From an uncultured Marinoscillum sp. (GTDB taxonomy: Bacteria > Bacteroidota > Bacteroidia > Cytophagales > Cyclobacteriaceae): 64,000 nucleotides of DNA. Each line of letters starts with the position of its first letter. The first letter of the stretch is position 1. Both the position numbers and the translations under genes were made by a program. Positions 36,793 through 45,800 of the stretch are shown here, piece by piece. Under the pieces are notes generated by a model. It worked only from the letters and a program-made list of their open reading frames with translations, did no database searches and was not told the origin of the DNA. The DNA lies in assembly GCA_964353015.1 (NCBI GenBank), contig CAYGUA010000006.1, forward strand, positions 42,407 through 106,406. The letters are read 5' to 3'.

Positions 36793-38742
36793 TCAAAACA
36801 GAAATATATACATCAAAATGACCATCACAAAAAGCATCAAAGCAAGCTGGGTTTGAATACCTGGAGCCTGCATCTTGGACAACAATTTTCCAAGCCATTT
36901 AAAAATACCAGCGAAAAAATTGACAAGTCCGTCAACAAAATACTTATCAATAATCCAACTAATTTTTGCAATCACAATCCCCACTACACCAATTCCGTCT
37001 ACAACTTTGTTGATCACCTTTTTATCAAACCAAAAAGCGAAGTTACTCACGATTAAAAAACCTGTACTCACGAAATCATAGCACCTCTGCACCATCCATC
37101 CTTCGAGTAATAAATTAAAAATCGGTCCATTATTCTGCTGATTGAGCTTGTATGTGGAAATCGAGATGGAACCCGGCTTAAATTTGAAATAACTCAATCC
37201 TACGCCTACAGAAACAATTAAAATCGAACCTACAATCAAAAACATCCCACCTTCTGCATGAGCTACAGATTGGATCACTCCATAAAATATATAATTGGCT
37301 AAATACCACCCATGAGAATTAAAAGGATTCATTGATGAAAATATCCAAATAGATCCAATTGCTAATAAAGCAAGTGGAAGTTTCACTTCTTTAAAAGGCT
37401 CAAAATTATTCTTTAAATCCAGAATATATTCAGTCTTTGGCTTGTCAAAAAACACAATCAAAATCTGTCTGGTGATATAAAATGGAGTTAATAATGCTGT
37501 AAAGAAGGACATAACCAAGACAGTTAAAGAAACAGGCGATGTTCTGTTCTCTTGAAACCACTCCAGCGTAGCGCCGAGGATGCCTTCTTTTGACAAAAAC
37601 CCAGATGTAAATGGCAAACCAGCCAAAGCCGCCCCGCAGACAATATAAATGATGAACGTAAAAGGGAGATATTTTTTCAATCCACCCATATTTCTCATAT
37701 CCTGCGCATCAATATCGTGATTGGTCTTATGCATGAAATGAATAATATTTCCTGCAGCAAGAAAAAGCCCCGCCTTGAAAAAAGCGTGCGTCCACAGATG
37801 AAAAATTGAAGTCTCAAAAGCACCTACCCCAACTCCCAAAATCATATATCCAAGCTGGGAAATAGTTGAATAAGCGAGTACGGCCTTAATATCATTTTGA
37901 ACTACAGCGGATAAGCCAGCCATTGTGGCCGTGAGACCTCCAATGAAAGCGATGACAAGAAGCACATCTTCAGTAAGGACAGGAAATACTCGCACCAGCA
38001 GGTAAATACCTGCTGTAACCATGGTAGCCGCATGAATGAGCGCGGAAACGGGAGTTGGTCCAGCCATGGCCTTATTGAGCCATCCAAAAAACGGAAACTG
38101 AGCCGATTTACCAAAAGCACCTATCGCCAATGCTAGTCCTGCAAAAGTGAGCGTAAGATCACTTCTTAAAGGTTTTAATTCAGAAATATAAGATTGATCA
38201 AATACAGTAATTAGCAGAATAATACCAATTAGAAAACCCGCATCCGCCACACGGTTTACCATAAAGGCCGTTCGTGCACTTGTCGCTTTGTCGGTTTCCT
38301 CAAACCAAAACCCGATAAGTAAATATGATGAGAAGCCAACCATCTCCCAAAACATAAACAATAAAATGAGGTGATCTGATGCAAGCAAACCGAGCATGGA
38401 AGTTGTGAAAAACCCCAACATAAAAAAATATCTCCTGATGCCCGGATCTCCTTTCATATAATGAACCGAGAAGATGTGAACAAGCAGTGAAATAAAATAA
38501 ACCAGAGCGATGAGTGTAGCACTTAGCGAATCAATTTGAATTCCCATCTCCATCGAAGGAATCCAGCTCCATCTCAATATCACTGCTCCTTGCAATAGTT
38601 GATAAATGGCTGCAATGAATCCAGCACTCATGAAAATGATAGTAGATAAATAACTTTTCCGATTAGGTAGAAAATAACCAAACAGCCCACCCACCAATGG
38701 TAGAAAAAGAATCAATAGGATATGGAATAATTGGGCTTCCAC
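36793..38742 (-). CDS. nuoL: NADH-quinone oxidoreductase subunit L
   Basis: Antiporter-like subunit (WLNKAMAGPTPVSALIHAATMV) with the long C-terminal lateral-helix region. Confidence 0.9.
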   Translation of the reverse strand: MEAQLFHILLILFLPLVGGLFGYFLPNRKSYLSTIIFMSAGFIAAIYQLLQGAVILRWSWIPSMEMGIQIDSLSATLIALVYFISLLVHIFSVHYMKGDPGIRRYFFMLGFFTTSMLGLLASDHLILLFMFWEMVGFSSYLLIGFWFEETDKATSARTAFMVNRVADAGFLIGIILLITVFDQSYISELKPLRSDLTLTFAGLALAIGAFGKSAQFPFFGWLNKAMAGPTPVSALIHAATMVTAGIYLLVRVFPVLTEDVLLVIAFIGGLTATMAGLSAVVQNDIKAVLAYSTISQLGYMILGVGVGAFETSIFHLWTHAFFKAGLFLAAGNIIHFMHKTNHDIDAQDMRNMGGLKKYLPFTFIIYIVCGAALAGLPFTSGFLSKEGILGATLEWFQENRTSPVSLTVLVMSFFTALLTPFYITRQILIVFFDKPKTEYILDLKNNFEPFKEVKLPLALLAIGSIWIFSSMNPFNSHGWYLANYIFYGVIQSVAHAEGGMFLIVGSILIVSVGVGLSYFKFKPGSISISTYKLNQQNNGPIFNLLLEGWMVQRCYDFVSTGFLIVSNFAFWFDKKVINKVVDGIGVVGIVIAKISWIIDKYFVDGLVNFFAGIFKWLGKLLSKMQAPGIQTQLALMLFVMVILMYIFLF

Positions 38743-38744
38743 GG

Positions 38745-39053
38745 TCAGTCTTTCAATTGATCAAGTTTGTCCAGACTGGTTGTATGATATTGCTTAAACA
38801 CATTCAATAAAATCGCGAGTGCAATAGCCACTTCAGCTGCCGCTAACACAACAGAAAATACTGCGAAGACCTGCCCTGACATTGAAGGATCATATTTTGA
38901 AAATGCAACCAGATTAAGATTTGCTGCATTGAGAATGAGTTCAATCCCGAGCAAAACAAAAACTGCATTTTTTTTCACCAATACAATCAAAATCCCCACA
39001 CAAAATATGAAAGCAGAAAGCACGAGATAAAAATTTAATGGAATACTGCTCAT
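38745..39053 (-). CDS. nuoK: NADH-quinone oxidoreductase subunit K
   Basis: 102 aa with three TM helices and the GIELILNAANLN motif. Confidence 0.9.
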   Translation of the reverse strand: MSSIPLNFYLVLSAFIFCVGILIVLVKKNAVFVLLGIELILNAANLNLVAFSKYDPSMSGQVFAVFSVVLAAAEVAIALAILLNVFKQYHTTSLDKLDQLKD

Positions 39054-39556
39054 GAATCTGATTTTTTGGCCAGGAATGCAGCACCAACCAATGCCACTAA
39101 TAATAAAAAGGCAATGAGCTCAAATGCAATAAGATGATCTGTCAGATAAAGTACACCTATTTGTCTTGTTTGATTTATTTGTTCAGTAACTCCGTGTATC
39201 CATTTTTGATCTGAACTAATGATGGCTGATACCAGAAAAAACATCAAAGCAAGAGAAATAATAATGGCAGGAAAAAGCTGTTGATGCTCAGTAAATACAC
39301 CTGCCTTTTTAGTACGGTTCGATAGCATCACACCAAAAATCAATAGCACCACAATACCTCCGGCATAAATCATGATCTGAACTACAGCCATAAAATCAGC
39401 ACTCAAAAGCACATACAATGCGGCCATTCCCAACAGACTTATTGCAAAGGCAAATGCCGCGCGGATCACATTTTTGGTGAATACCATATAGATGATCGGA
39501 ATCGCTACCATACTAGCAAAAACGAAAAACAGACTACTCAACGGAATCTCCATCAT
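39050..39556 (-). CDS. nuoJ: NADH-quinone oxidoreductase subunit J
   Basis: 168 aa with the VQIMIYAGGIVVLLIFGVM motif. It overlaps the 3' end of the extended nuoI by 23 nt. Confidence 0.88.
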   Translation of the reverse strand: MMEIPLSSLFFVFASMVAIPIIYMVFTKNVIRAAFAFAISLLGMAALYVLLSADFMAVVQIMIYAGGIVVLLIFGVMLSNRTKKAGVFTEHQQLFPAIIISLALMFFLVSAIISSDQKWIHGVTEQINQTRQIGVLYLTDHLIAFELIAFLLLVALVGAAFLAKKSDS

Positions 39557-40463
39557 TCTTCGGTTTTTGTTTTACAATAGGTCTGGGCCTGAATTTAGGC
39601 CTTGGTTTTTCTTCCTTTCCTGCTAATTCTTGTGATGGGCTATTTTGCGCATCTGAAGCAGGTGTTACTTTTTTTGAATCATCGGAATCACCCGATTTTT
39701 TAATCATGGGTTTGGGCCTAAACACAGGTTTTGCTTTGATTTCTGGCTTTTCTTCAGCTGTCTCTGCCTTTGGTTTTATTGCAGGCATTTTTGGCCTGAA
39801 CACAGGCTTAGCTAATTTATGTTCAATCACCTCCGCAGTAGAAATCGAAGTTTTTTCAAGATCAGCAATTGCATCACCTTTATTTGCTTCTGCTAATTTC
39901 AATTTTTCAGCCTCTTTCTTTTTGTCAGCTTCATCCGCTTCCTGACGCTTTTGTGCAATTTCAACCAGACTCATCTCACCAAAAGCATATTTATGATCTT
40001 TGACATCAAATTCGCTGAAGTCATATACTTTGGTCATAGTGAGGCATTCTGTGGGGCAAACGGTGGTACATAATCCACAGAAGCAGCACTTGCCCATGTC
40101 TATATCAAATTTTGCCGCATACAGCCTTTTCGGTGTACCGTCTGACGTCAGGCCAATTGTCTCAGTAGATTTTATTGGTTCGATATCAATACAATCTACT
40201 GGGCAGATTTTGGCGCATTTGTCACAAACTATGCAGTCATCAATTTCATTGTGCAACCGATAACGACCAATATCGGGAACTGGGAATGACTCGTGTGGAT
40301 ATTGCAATGTGAATATGCCTTTGTCCACATCAAAATAATTTTCATCTGCAACTCCTATTGGTTTTCTTAGTGTTGTTGCATCTTTCAAATAGGTCAAAGT
40401 GAGTTTCAGACCACCTGAAAGGGTTTTAAATGAATCTTTGATGTTTTTCAGATAGCTACTCAT
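39534..40463 (-). CDS. nuoI: NADH-quinone oxidoreductase subunit I with a ~140-aa Lys/Pro/Glu-rich C-terminal extension
   Basis: Two 4Fe-4S ferredoxin motifs (CIVCDKCAKICP, CCFCGLCTTVCP). The start was moved to the ATG at 40463 (MSSYLKN), which overlaps the nuoH stop as ATGA. A low-complexity tail follows about residue 170. Confidence 0.9.
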   Translation of the reverse strand: MSSYLKNIKDSFKTLSGGLKLTLTYLKDATTLRKPIGVADENYFDVDKGIFTLQYPHESFPVPDIGRYRLHNEIDDCIVCDKCAKICPVDCIDIEPIKSTETIGLTSDGTPKRLYAAKFDIDMGKCCFCGLCTTVCPTECLTMTKVYDFSEFDVKDHKYAFGEMSLVEIAQKRQEADEADKKKEAEKLKLAEANKGDAIADLEKTSISTAEVIEHKLAKPVFRPKMPAIKPKAETAEEKPEIKAKPVFRPKPMIKKSGDSDDSKKVTPASDAQNSPSQELAGKEEKPRPKFRPRPIVKQKPKNDGDSVE

Positions 40464-41515
40464 ATCACCCACAATTTCCAGATCCCTACTATGAATATCA
40501 ATAAAACCGACACTGGGGTCAGGTATTTCCAGCTAAAAGACATCAACTGATCCACACGCAAACGTGGATAGGTCCATCTAGCCATCATTTGGATAAAGAT
40601 AAAAAACATGGTTTTCCCTATTAACCAGAAAGCTCCCCAAACCGGTCCATTCGTGAGTTCTGCAAGCTGCAAGGAGCCAATGTTTGGTAGCGGTGAATAC
40701 CAACCACCAAAAAACAAAATGGACGTAAGAAAACAAACAAGCAACATCATTCCATATTCGGACAACATGAAAATCCCCCATCTAAATCCTGAGTACTCTG
40801 TATGATAACCTCCTATTAATTCAGATTCAGATTCGGGCAAATCAAAAGGCACACGATTAGATTCTGCTAGTCCTGATATAAAGAAAATAAGAAATGCAAT
40901 TATCAATATCGGCATTCTGAAAATATTCCAGGATAGAAACCCACCAATAGCTGTAACGTCTACTGTTGGTATTCCAAATAAATATGAGGGGTCATTAGAA
41001 TAAACACCTTGTTGAGATGTAATCATTTGCAAATCAAGGCTTTGAGAAACCATCACAACTGCCAATACGCTCAAACCAAGAGGTATTTCATATGACACAA
41101 TCTGAGCGACAGATCTCATAGATCCATATAGAGCAAATTTGTTATTTGAGCCCCAACCAGCCAATAGAACCCCTAAAACATCAAGGGATACAATAGCCAA
41201 TAAGAAAAATATTCCTGTATCAACTGATGCTCCTGAAATGTCTTTGTTGAAAGGCAAAATGGAATATCCAGCAAATATGGATGCGAAAACGATAATTGGA
41301 GAAGCCAGAAAGAGCGATTTATCAACTGCTTTTGGAACAATATCTTCCTTTTGCAACATCTTTAACAGATCCGCCACAGTCTGAATTATTCCTTTAGGAC
41401 CCACTTCCATTGGTCCGAGGCGGTTTTGCACAAATGCAGCAATTTTTCTCTCGCCGTAAACAGCCACTATCACGAAACCAAGTAGAAACGGAAGAAAAAT
41501 TAAAAATGTGATCAT
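40460..41515 (-). CDS. nuoH: NADH-quinone oxidoreductase subunit H
   Basis: About 8 TM helices, with the ERKIAAFVQNRLGP and PFDLPESESELIGGYHTEYSG motifs. Confidence 0.92.
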   Translation of the reverse strand: MITFLIFLPFLLGFVIVAVYGERKIAAFVQNRLGPMEVGPKGIIQTVADLLKMLQKEDIVPKAVDKSLFLASPIIVFASIFAGYSILPFNKDISGASVDTGIFFLLAIVSLDVLGVLLAGWGSNNKFALYGSMRSVAQIVSYEIPLGLSVLAVVMVSQSLDLQMITSQQGVYSNDPSYLFGIPTVDVTAIGGFLSWNIFRMPILIIAFLIFFISGLAESNRVPFDLPESESELIGGYHTEYSGFRWGIFMLSEYGMMLLVCFLTSILFFGGWYSPLPNIGSLQLAELTNGPVWGAFWLIGKTMFFIFIQMMARWTYPRLRVDQLMSFSWKYLTPVSVLLIFIVGIWKLWVI

Positions 41516-41892
41516 TTGGTTGATCGAAACTTTGGGTTCAATTAAAAGGCTAAGTTAAGGATGAAAAGTAGTAGGTGATATAGTAATTTTTAAAAGTCTG
41601 ATGGATTGATAAAATATTCTGCATATCGTTCATTTTCTTACAATCCCTAATTCATAAATTAAATTTCATTGAAATTTTTGCAATAATTATTTGCAATTCT
41701 GAAAGAACTAAAACACAATTTTCGCAATCACCCTGGATAATGCGATTAGTGTAAAAATTCAAGCATTCGTCGAATTAATAGCTTAAAACTTTTACAAAAT
41801 TTGGTTTAGTACTTAATTTTGTCTCAGATTTTAGGCATGAGGAACCTGAAATGATAAATTATTTAATTTATTAAAATTTTATTTCGAAGCAT

Positions 41893-42375
41893 ATGAAGAG
41901 GATATTACTACTACTATTTGTTGTTAGCTGCTACAACATCAGTTTAGCACAAGGTGATGATAAAATTTTCCAGTTTGAGATGATGGAGGATAAAATTGAT
42001 CTTTCATCCTTGAGCGGAAATCAAACTTTTGATCATTTTTTAGGAGTCGAGGTAGGTAAAAAATTATTTCTACTTCAAGAAACATACACCTGGAGATCTG
42101 AACCAGATCCAATGAAACCAACTCCTACAATTGTTATTGAAAAGCCAGAAATTTACAATAACATCAAAAAATTGGAGAGATACTACAAAAAAGGAATCAA
42201 GAAAAGTTTAATAGAAGAAGAAATAGCTAAATCTGAGTTTACAAAAATTTTAGATATCGCTTTGCAAGTTAGGTTTCAATCCACGGAAGATTTCGAATCA
42301 CATCTTCAGGGTCTGAAAGATGAAGAAGATATTGTGGCTGTATTCTCGCAAAAGGTACAAATGAATTATTATTAA
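41893..42375 (+). CDS. Secreted hypothetical protein
   Basis: Signal peptide (MKRILLLLFVVSCYNISLAQ). Protein-like composition. Followed by a good terminator. No motif recognised. Confidence 0.6.
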   Translation: MKRILLLLFVVSCYNISLAQGDDKIFQFEMMEDKIDLSSLSGNQTFDHFLGVEVGKKLFLLQETYTWRSEPDPMKPTPTIVIEKPEIYNNIKKLERYYKKGIKKSLIEEEIAKSEFTKILDIALQVRFQSTEDFESHLQGLKDEEDIVAVFSQKVQMNYY

Positions 42376-42396
42376 GATCTAAAATAAGAACTTAGG

Positions 42397-42425
42397 AAAG
42401 CCAATCATGATGTTTGGCTTTTTTT
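42397..42425 (+). terminator. Intrinsic terminator after 41893-42375
   Basis: AAAGCCAA-tcatgatgt-TTGGCTTT followed by a T-run. Confidence 0.8.
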
Positions 42426-42551
42426 ATGTCTTTTACTCTCTTAACAAAATTTACTCTTTCCCATCATTCATAAATCGCTGACACCAGTAGTGTAAACTAA
42501 GTGGACAATATGAGTAGAAATGCCTAATCTGCTCTTGAAATCAACTTTGAG

Positions 42552-44075
42552 ATGAAAACATTATCACTTACACTTTTATTTCTGTTCCCTGTTATGCTTC
42601 GTGCTCAGGCTGATATGGAATCCATTGACAAGTATATTTCATCTGCACGTGCAGACTGGCAGATTCCGGGCATGTCTGTTGCCATTGTAAAGGATGGAAA
42701 AGTTGTATTAGCCAAGGGTTATGGATTTAAAACCTCAGGAAAACAAGACGTAGTTGATGAAAACACACTTTTCGCAATCGCTTCAAATACAAAAGCATTT
42801 CTATCTGCAGCATTGTCCATTTTGGTTGATGAAGGTCAGATTTCGTGGGATGACAAAGTGAGAAAATATATACCTGAGTTCACCCTATATGACTCTTATG
42901 TGAGCAATGAAGCCACCATTCGTGATCTACTTAGTCATAGGGTTGGTTTGGGTACTTTTAGTGGCGACTACATGTGGTACAAGTCAAATTTGGAAGTCAA
43001 AGATTTAATTCTAAAACTCAAATATTTACCACAAGATTATTTATTTAGAAGTGGCTATGGCTACTCCAATCTCATGTACATCACCGCCGGAGAAGTAATA
43101 TTGAGGGTGACAGGAAAAAATTGGGATGAATACATCGAAGAGAAAATATTTGACCCTTTGCAAATGGAAAGCACCATCACTTCCACCAATCAATTGCAAA
43201 AATCAGGCAACATAGCCTCCCCGCATAAACCTTTCGAGGATGGCAATGAAGTATTGAGATGGGTGAATTGGGACAACATGGGAGCTGCCGGAGGCATCAT
43301 TTCTAATGCCACAGACATGAGTAAATGGATGATCATGCAACTCAATAATGGGATTTGTGATGGTGACACCATTTTGAGTAAAGTCCAGCAAAACATTATG
43401 TGGACACCTCAAAACAATTTTAACCTTTCTGAAAAATCAAAAATGAGGATTCCCGGAAGACATTTTTCGGGATATGGTCTTGGGTGGAAATTAGAAGATT
43501 ATTACGGAAATATGATGGTTTCTCACACAGGAGGTTATGACGGCATGTATTCCCAAGTTACTCTGATTCCAGATCTCAATTTAGGCATTGCTGTAATGAC
43601 CAATTCGATGAAAAGTATAGCTTCACCTTTGTCATATTATATCCTCAACCAATATATCTCAAAAGAAAATCGGGATTGGTCTCGAGAATGGCTTGAGGAA
43701 AATAAAAATGCTTCTAGTGAACCAAGTCAAGTCCAAAAGATCGTGAATGCTCAGGTGAAAAAAACCAAGCCTACTTTACCAAATGCGGCTTATGAAGGTG
43801 TTTATAATTCTGGCTTTCATGGAGATGTTGTGATTACAAAATCAGATAAGACTTCCCTTCGAATAGCATTCAAAAATGCACCGGCACTCTCTGCTACCTT
43901 GACTCATTGGCATTACGACACCTGGCAAATCATCTGGGATGAAACACATGCCTGGTTTGATTTCGGCACAGTTCAATTTATACTTGACAATAAGTTAGAT
44001 GTAAAAGGTATGAAAATCGATGTGCCGAATTACGACATATTTTTTGATGAGTCTGATTTGAAAAAAATTGAGTGA
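42552..44075 (+). CDS. Serine hydrolase, class-C beta-lactamase / PBP-like family, with an extra C-terminal domain
   Basis: Signal peptide. S-x-x-K (IASNTKAF) and Y-S-N (YGYSNLMY) motifs. A C-terminal ~120 aa beta-rich domain in the DUF3471 position. Confidence 0.85.
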   Translation: MKTLSLTLLFLFPVMLRAQADMESIDKYISSARADWQIPGMSVAIVKDGKVVLAKGYGFKTSGKQDVVDENTLFAIASNTKAFLSAALSILVDEGQISWDDKVRKYIPEFTLYDSYVSNEATIRDLLSHRVGLGTFSGDYMWYKSNLEVKDLILKLKYLPQDYLFRSGYGYSNLMYITAGEVILRVTGKNWDEYIEEKIFDPLQMESTITSTNQLQKSGNIASPHKPFEDGNEVLRWVNWDNMGAAGGIISNATDMSKWMIMQLNNGICDGDTILSKVQQNIMWTPQNNFNLSEKSKMRIPGRHFSGYGLGWKLEDYYGNMMVSHTGGYDGMYSQVTLIPDLNLGIAVMTNSMKSIASPLSYYILNQYISKENRDWSREWLEENKNASSEPSQVQKIVNAQVKKTKPTLPNAAYEGVYNSGFHGDVVITKSDKTSLRIAFKNAPALSATLTHWHYDTWQIIWDETHAWFDFGTVQFILDNKLDVKGMKIDVPNYDIFFDESDLKKIE

Positions 44076-44246
44076 ATCTTATTTTTCCGTTAAAAAATCG
44101 ATTCCAATTCAGCTTCAATCAAGATTAAATTGCACGAATTGGAGAATTCTCTGAAATAGAGAAAAAACTCAAAACTCAAAAAAATAAACTGATGGATGGA
44201 TTATAAAATCGGTCTTTATATTGCTAAAAAGCCTATAAAAGAAGAA

Positions 44247-44269
44247 AGCCCGGCATGAAAAACCGGGCT
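44247..44269 (-). terminator. Intrinsic terminator for the minus-strand CBS-type gene
   Basis: AGCCCGG-catgaaaaa-CCGGGCT. On the minus strand the stem is followed by TTCTTCTTTT. Confidence 0.65.
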
Positions 44270-44316
44270 TGCAAGTAAAGAGTTAGAACTTAAGCTAATA
44301 ATTGGGATAAATATAG

Positions 44317-45690
44317 TCAATTTGTAATAGCAATCAAAAGATCACTTTGAGTAATAATATGAACTTCATTTTTATCATCCCTAACTAACACCGCCCTCAT
44401 ATCTTTATTAATCAGAGAAGAAAGAACATCAATGGTATTGTCCATTCCTACAAACCGAAATGATTCATCCATTATTTCCTTCACTGGCCTATTTCTTATG
44501 TCAGGATTTTCAATGATGCTTTTGAGGACTTTGGTGTCATTCAAGCTTCCTACAAACTCATCGCCATCTACAACCGGGATCTGATCTATACTATTAAGAT
44601 TCATGGCCATAATTGCTTCGCTCACCTTGGTTGTAATCTGAATGGTTTTAAGTTCTGCCTTGCCATTTTTTGCCTTGATGATGTCGCGTGCTGTTGCAAA
44701 CTTTCTTGATTCAAGAAAACCATGATCCTTCATCCAATTGTCATTATAAATTTTTCCTAAATATCTGGTGCCATGATCTGGTAAGATTATCACCATTACA
44801 TCATCTTCATTTAGATTTTCTCTGGCGTATTCCAACGCCCCAAATACCGCAGATCCACATGACCAACCAACAAACAAGCCTTCTTCTCTGGAAAGCCTTC
44901 TGGTCATGATTGCTGCATCTTTATCAGTCACTTTCACAATATGATCCACCATGCCAAAATCCACATTCTTTGGTAGAATATCTTCGCCAATGCCCTCGGT
45001 CAAATAAGGATAAACTTCAGTTTGATCAAATTGTCCCGTTTCCTTGAATTTTTTAAAAACCGAACCATATGTATCCACACCCACAGTAATCACTTCAGGA
45101 TTTTGTTCTTTCAGAAATTTCGAAGTTCCGCTGATGGTTCCACCTGTGCCCATTCCAGCAACATAATGGGTGATTTTTCCATCAGTATCGCGCCAAATCT
45201 CTGGTCCCGTAGTTTCGTAATGGGCTATGGTGTTTGATGGATTATCATATTGATTTGGATAAAAAGAATTTGGAATATCTGCATTCAGCTTTTTGGCTAC
45301 TGAATAATATGATCTGGGATCATCTGGTGTCACATTGGTAGGACAAACAATCACCTCTGCCCCTACTGCCCGCAGCACATCCATTTTTTCTTGTGACTGC
45401 TTATCTGCCAAGGTGAAAATACATTTATATCCTTTGGCAATCGCCACCAAAGCCAATCCCATACCAGTGTTTCCTGATGTTCCTTCAATTATGGTCCCAC
45501 CTGGTTTCAAAACACCTGATTTTTCAGCATCTTCTATCATTTTCAATGCTATTCTATCTTTAATGGAATTCCCAGGATTGAAATATTCAACTTTGACTAA
45601 AACAAGTCCTTTTATGCCTTTAGTCACAGAATTTAACTTGACTAAGGGGGTGTTTCCGATGGTATCGATTAATGTATGGTAGTAGTGCAT
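44317..45690 (-). CDS. Cystathionine beta-synthase-like protein (PLP cysteine-synthase fold plus tandem CBS domains)
   Basis: PLP-lysine context NPGNSIKDRIAL and the GTGGTISG loop. C-terminal pair of CBS domains. The start was moved to the ATG at 45690 (MHYYHTLIDTIGNTPLVKL). Confidence 0.88.
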   Translation of the reverse strand: MHYYHTLIDTIGNTPLVKLNSVTKGIKGLVLVKVEYFNPGNSIKDRIALKMIEDAEKSGVLKPGGTIIEGTSGNTGMGLALVAIAKGYKCIFTLADKQSQEKMDVLRAVGAEVIVCPTNVTPDDPRSYYSVAKKLNADIPNSFYPNQYDNPSNTIAHYETTGPEIWRDTDGKITHYVAGMGTGGTISGTSKFLKEQNPEVITVGVDTYGSVFKKFKETGQFDQTEVYPYLTEGIGEDILPKNVDFGMVDHIVKVTDKDAAIMTRRLSREEGLFVGWSCGSAVFGALEYARENLNEDDVMVIILPDHGTRYLGKIYNDNWMKDHGFLESRKFATARDIIKAKNGKAELKTIQITTKVSEAIMAMNLNSIDQIPVVDGDEFVGSLNDTKVLKSIIENPDIRNRPVKEIMDESFRFVGMDNTIDVLSSLINKDMRAVLVRDDKNEVHIITQSDLLIAITN

Positions 45691-45800
45691 GAATGAATTT
45701 TGAATAAAAAATAAAGTTATCACAAATACGAACGATAGACCTGAGATGGGCGGCACTTTTTGCTAACTTTCAGGTTGATAAGAACGGAAATAGGTTTATT

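Noticed and set aside
41677-41697. Direct repeat TTTGCAAT-N5-TTTGCAAT in the nuoH upstream region, sharing TTGCAA with the 54202 palindrome.
   Set aside because: It is short and AT-rich, and it resembles the Bacteroidota -33 TTTG-type promoter element. The match to the 54202 palindrome is only 6 nt, which is expected by chance in AT-rich intergenic DNA.
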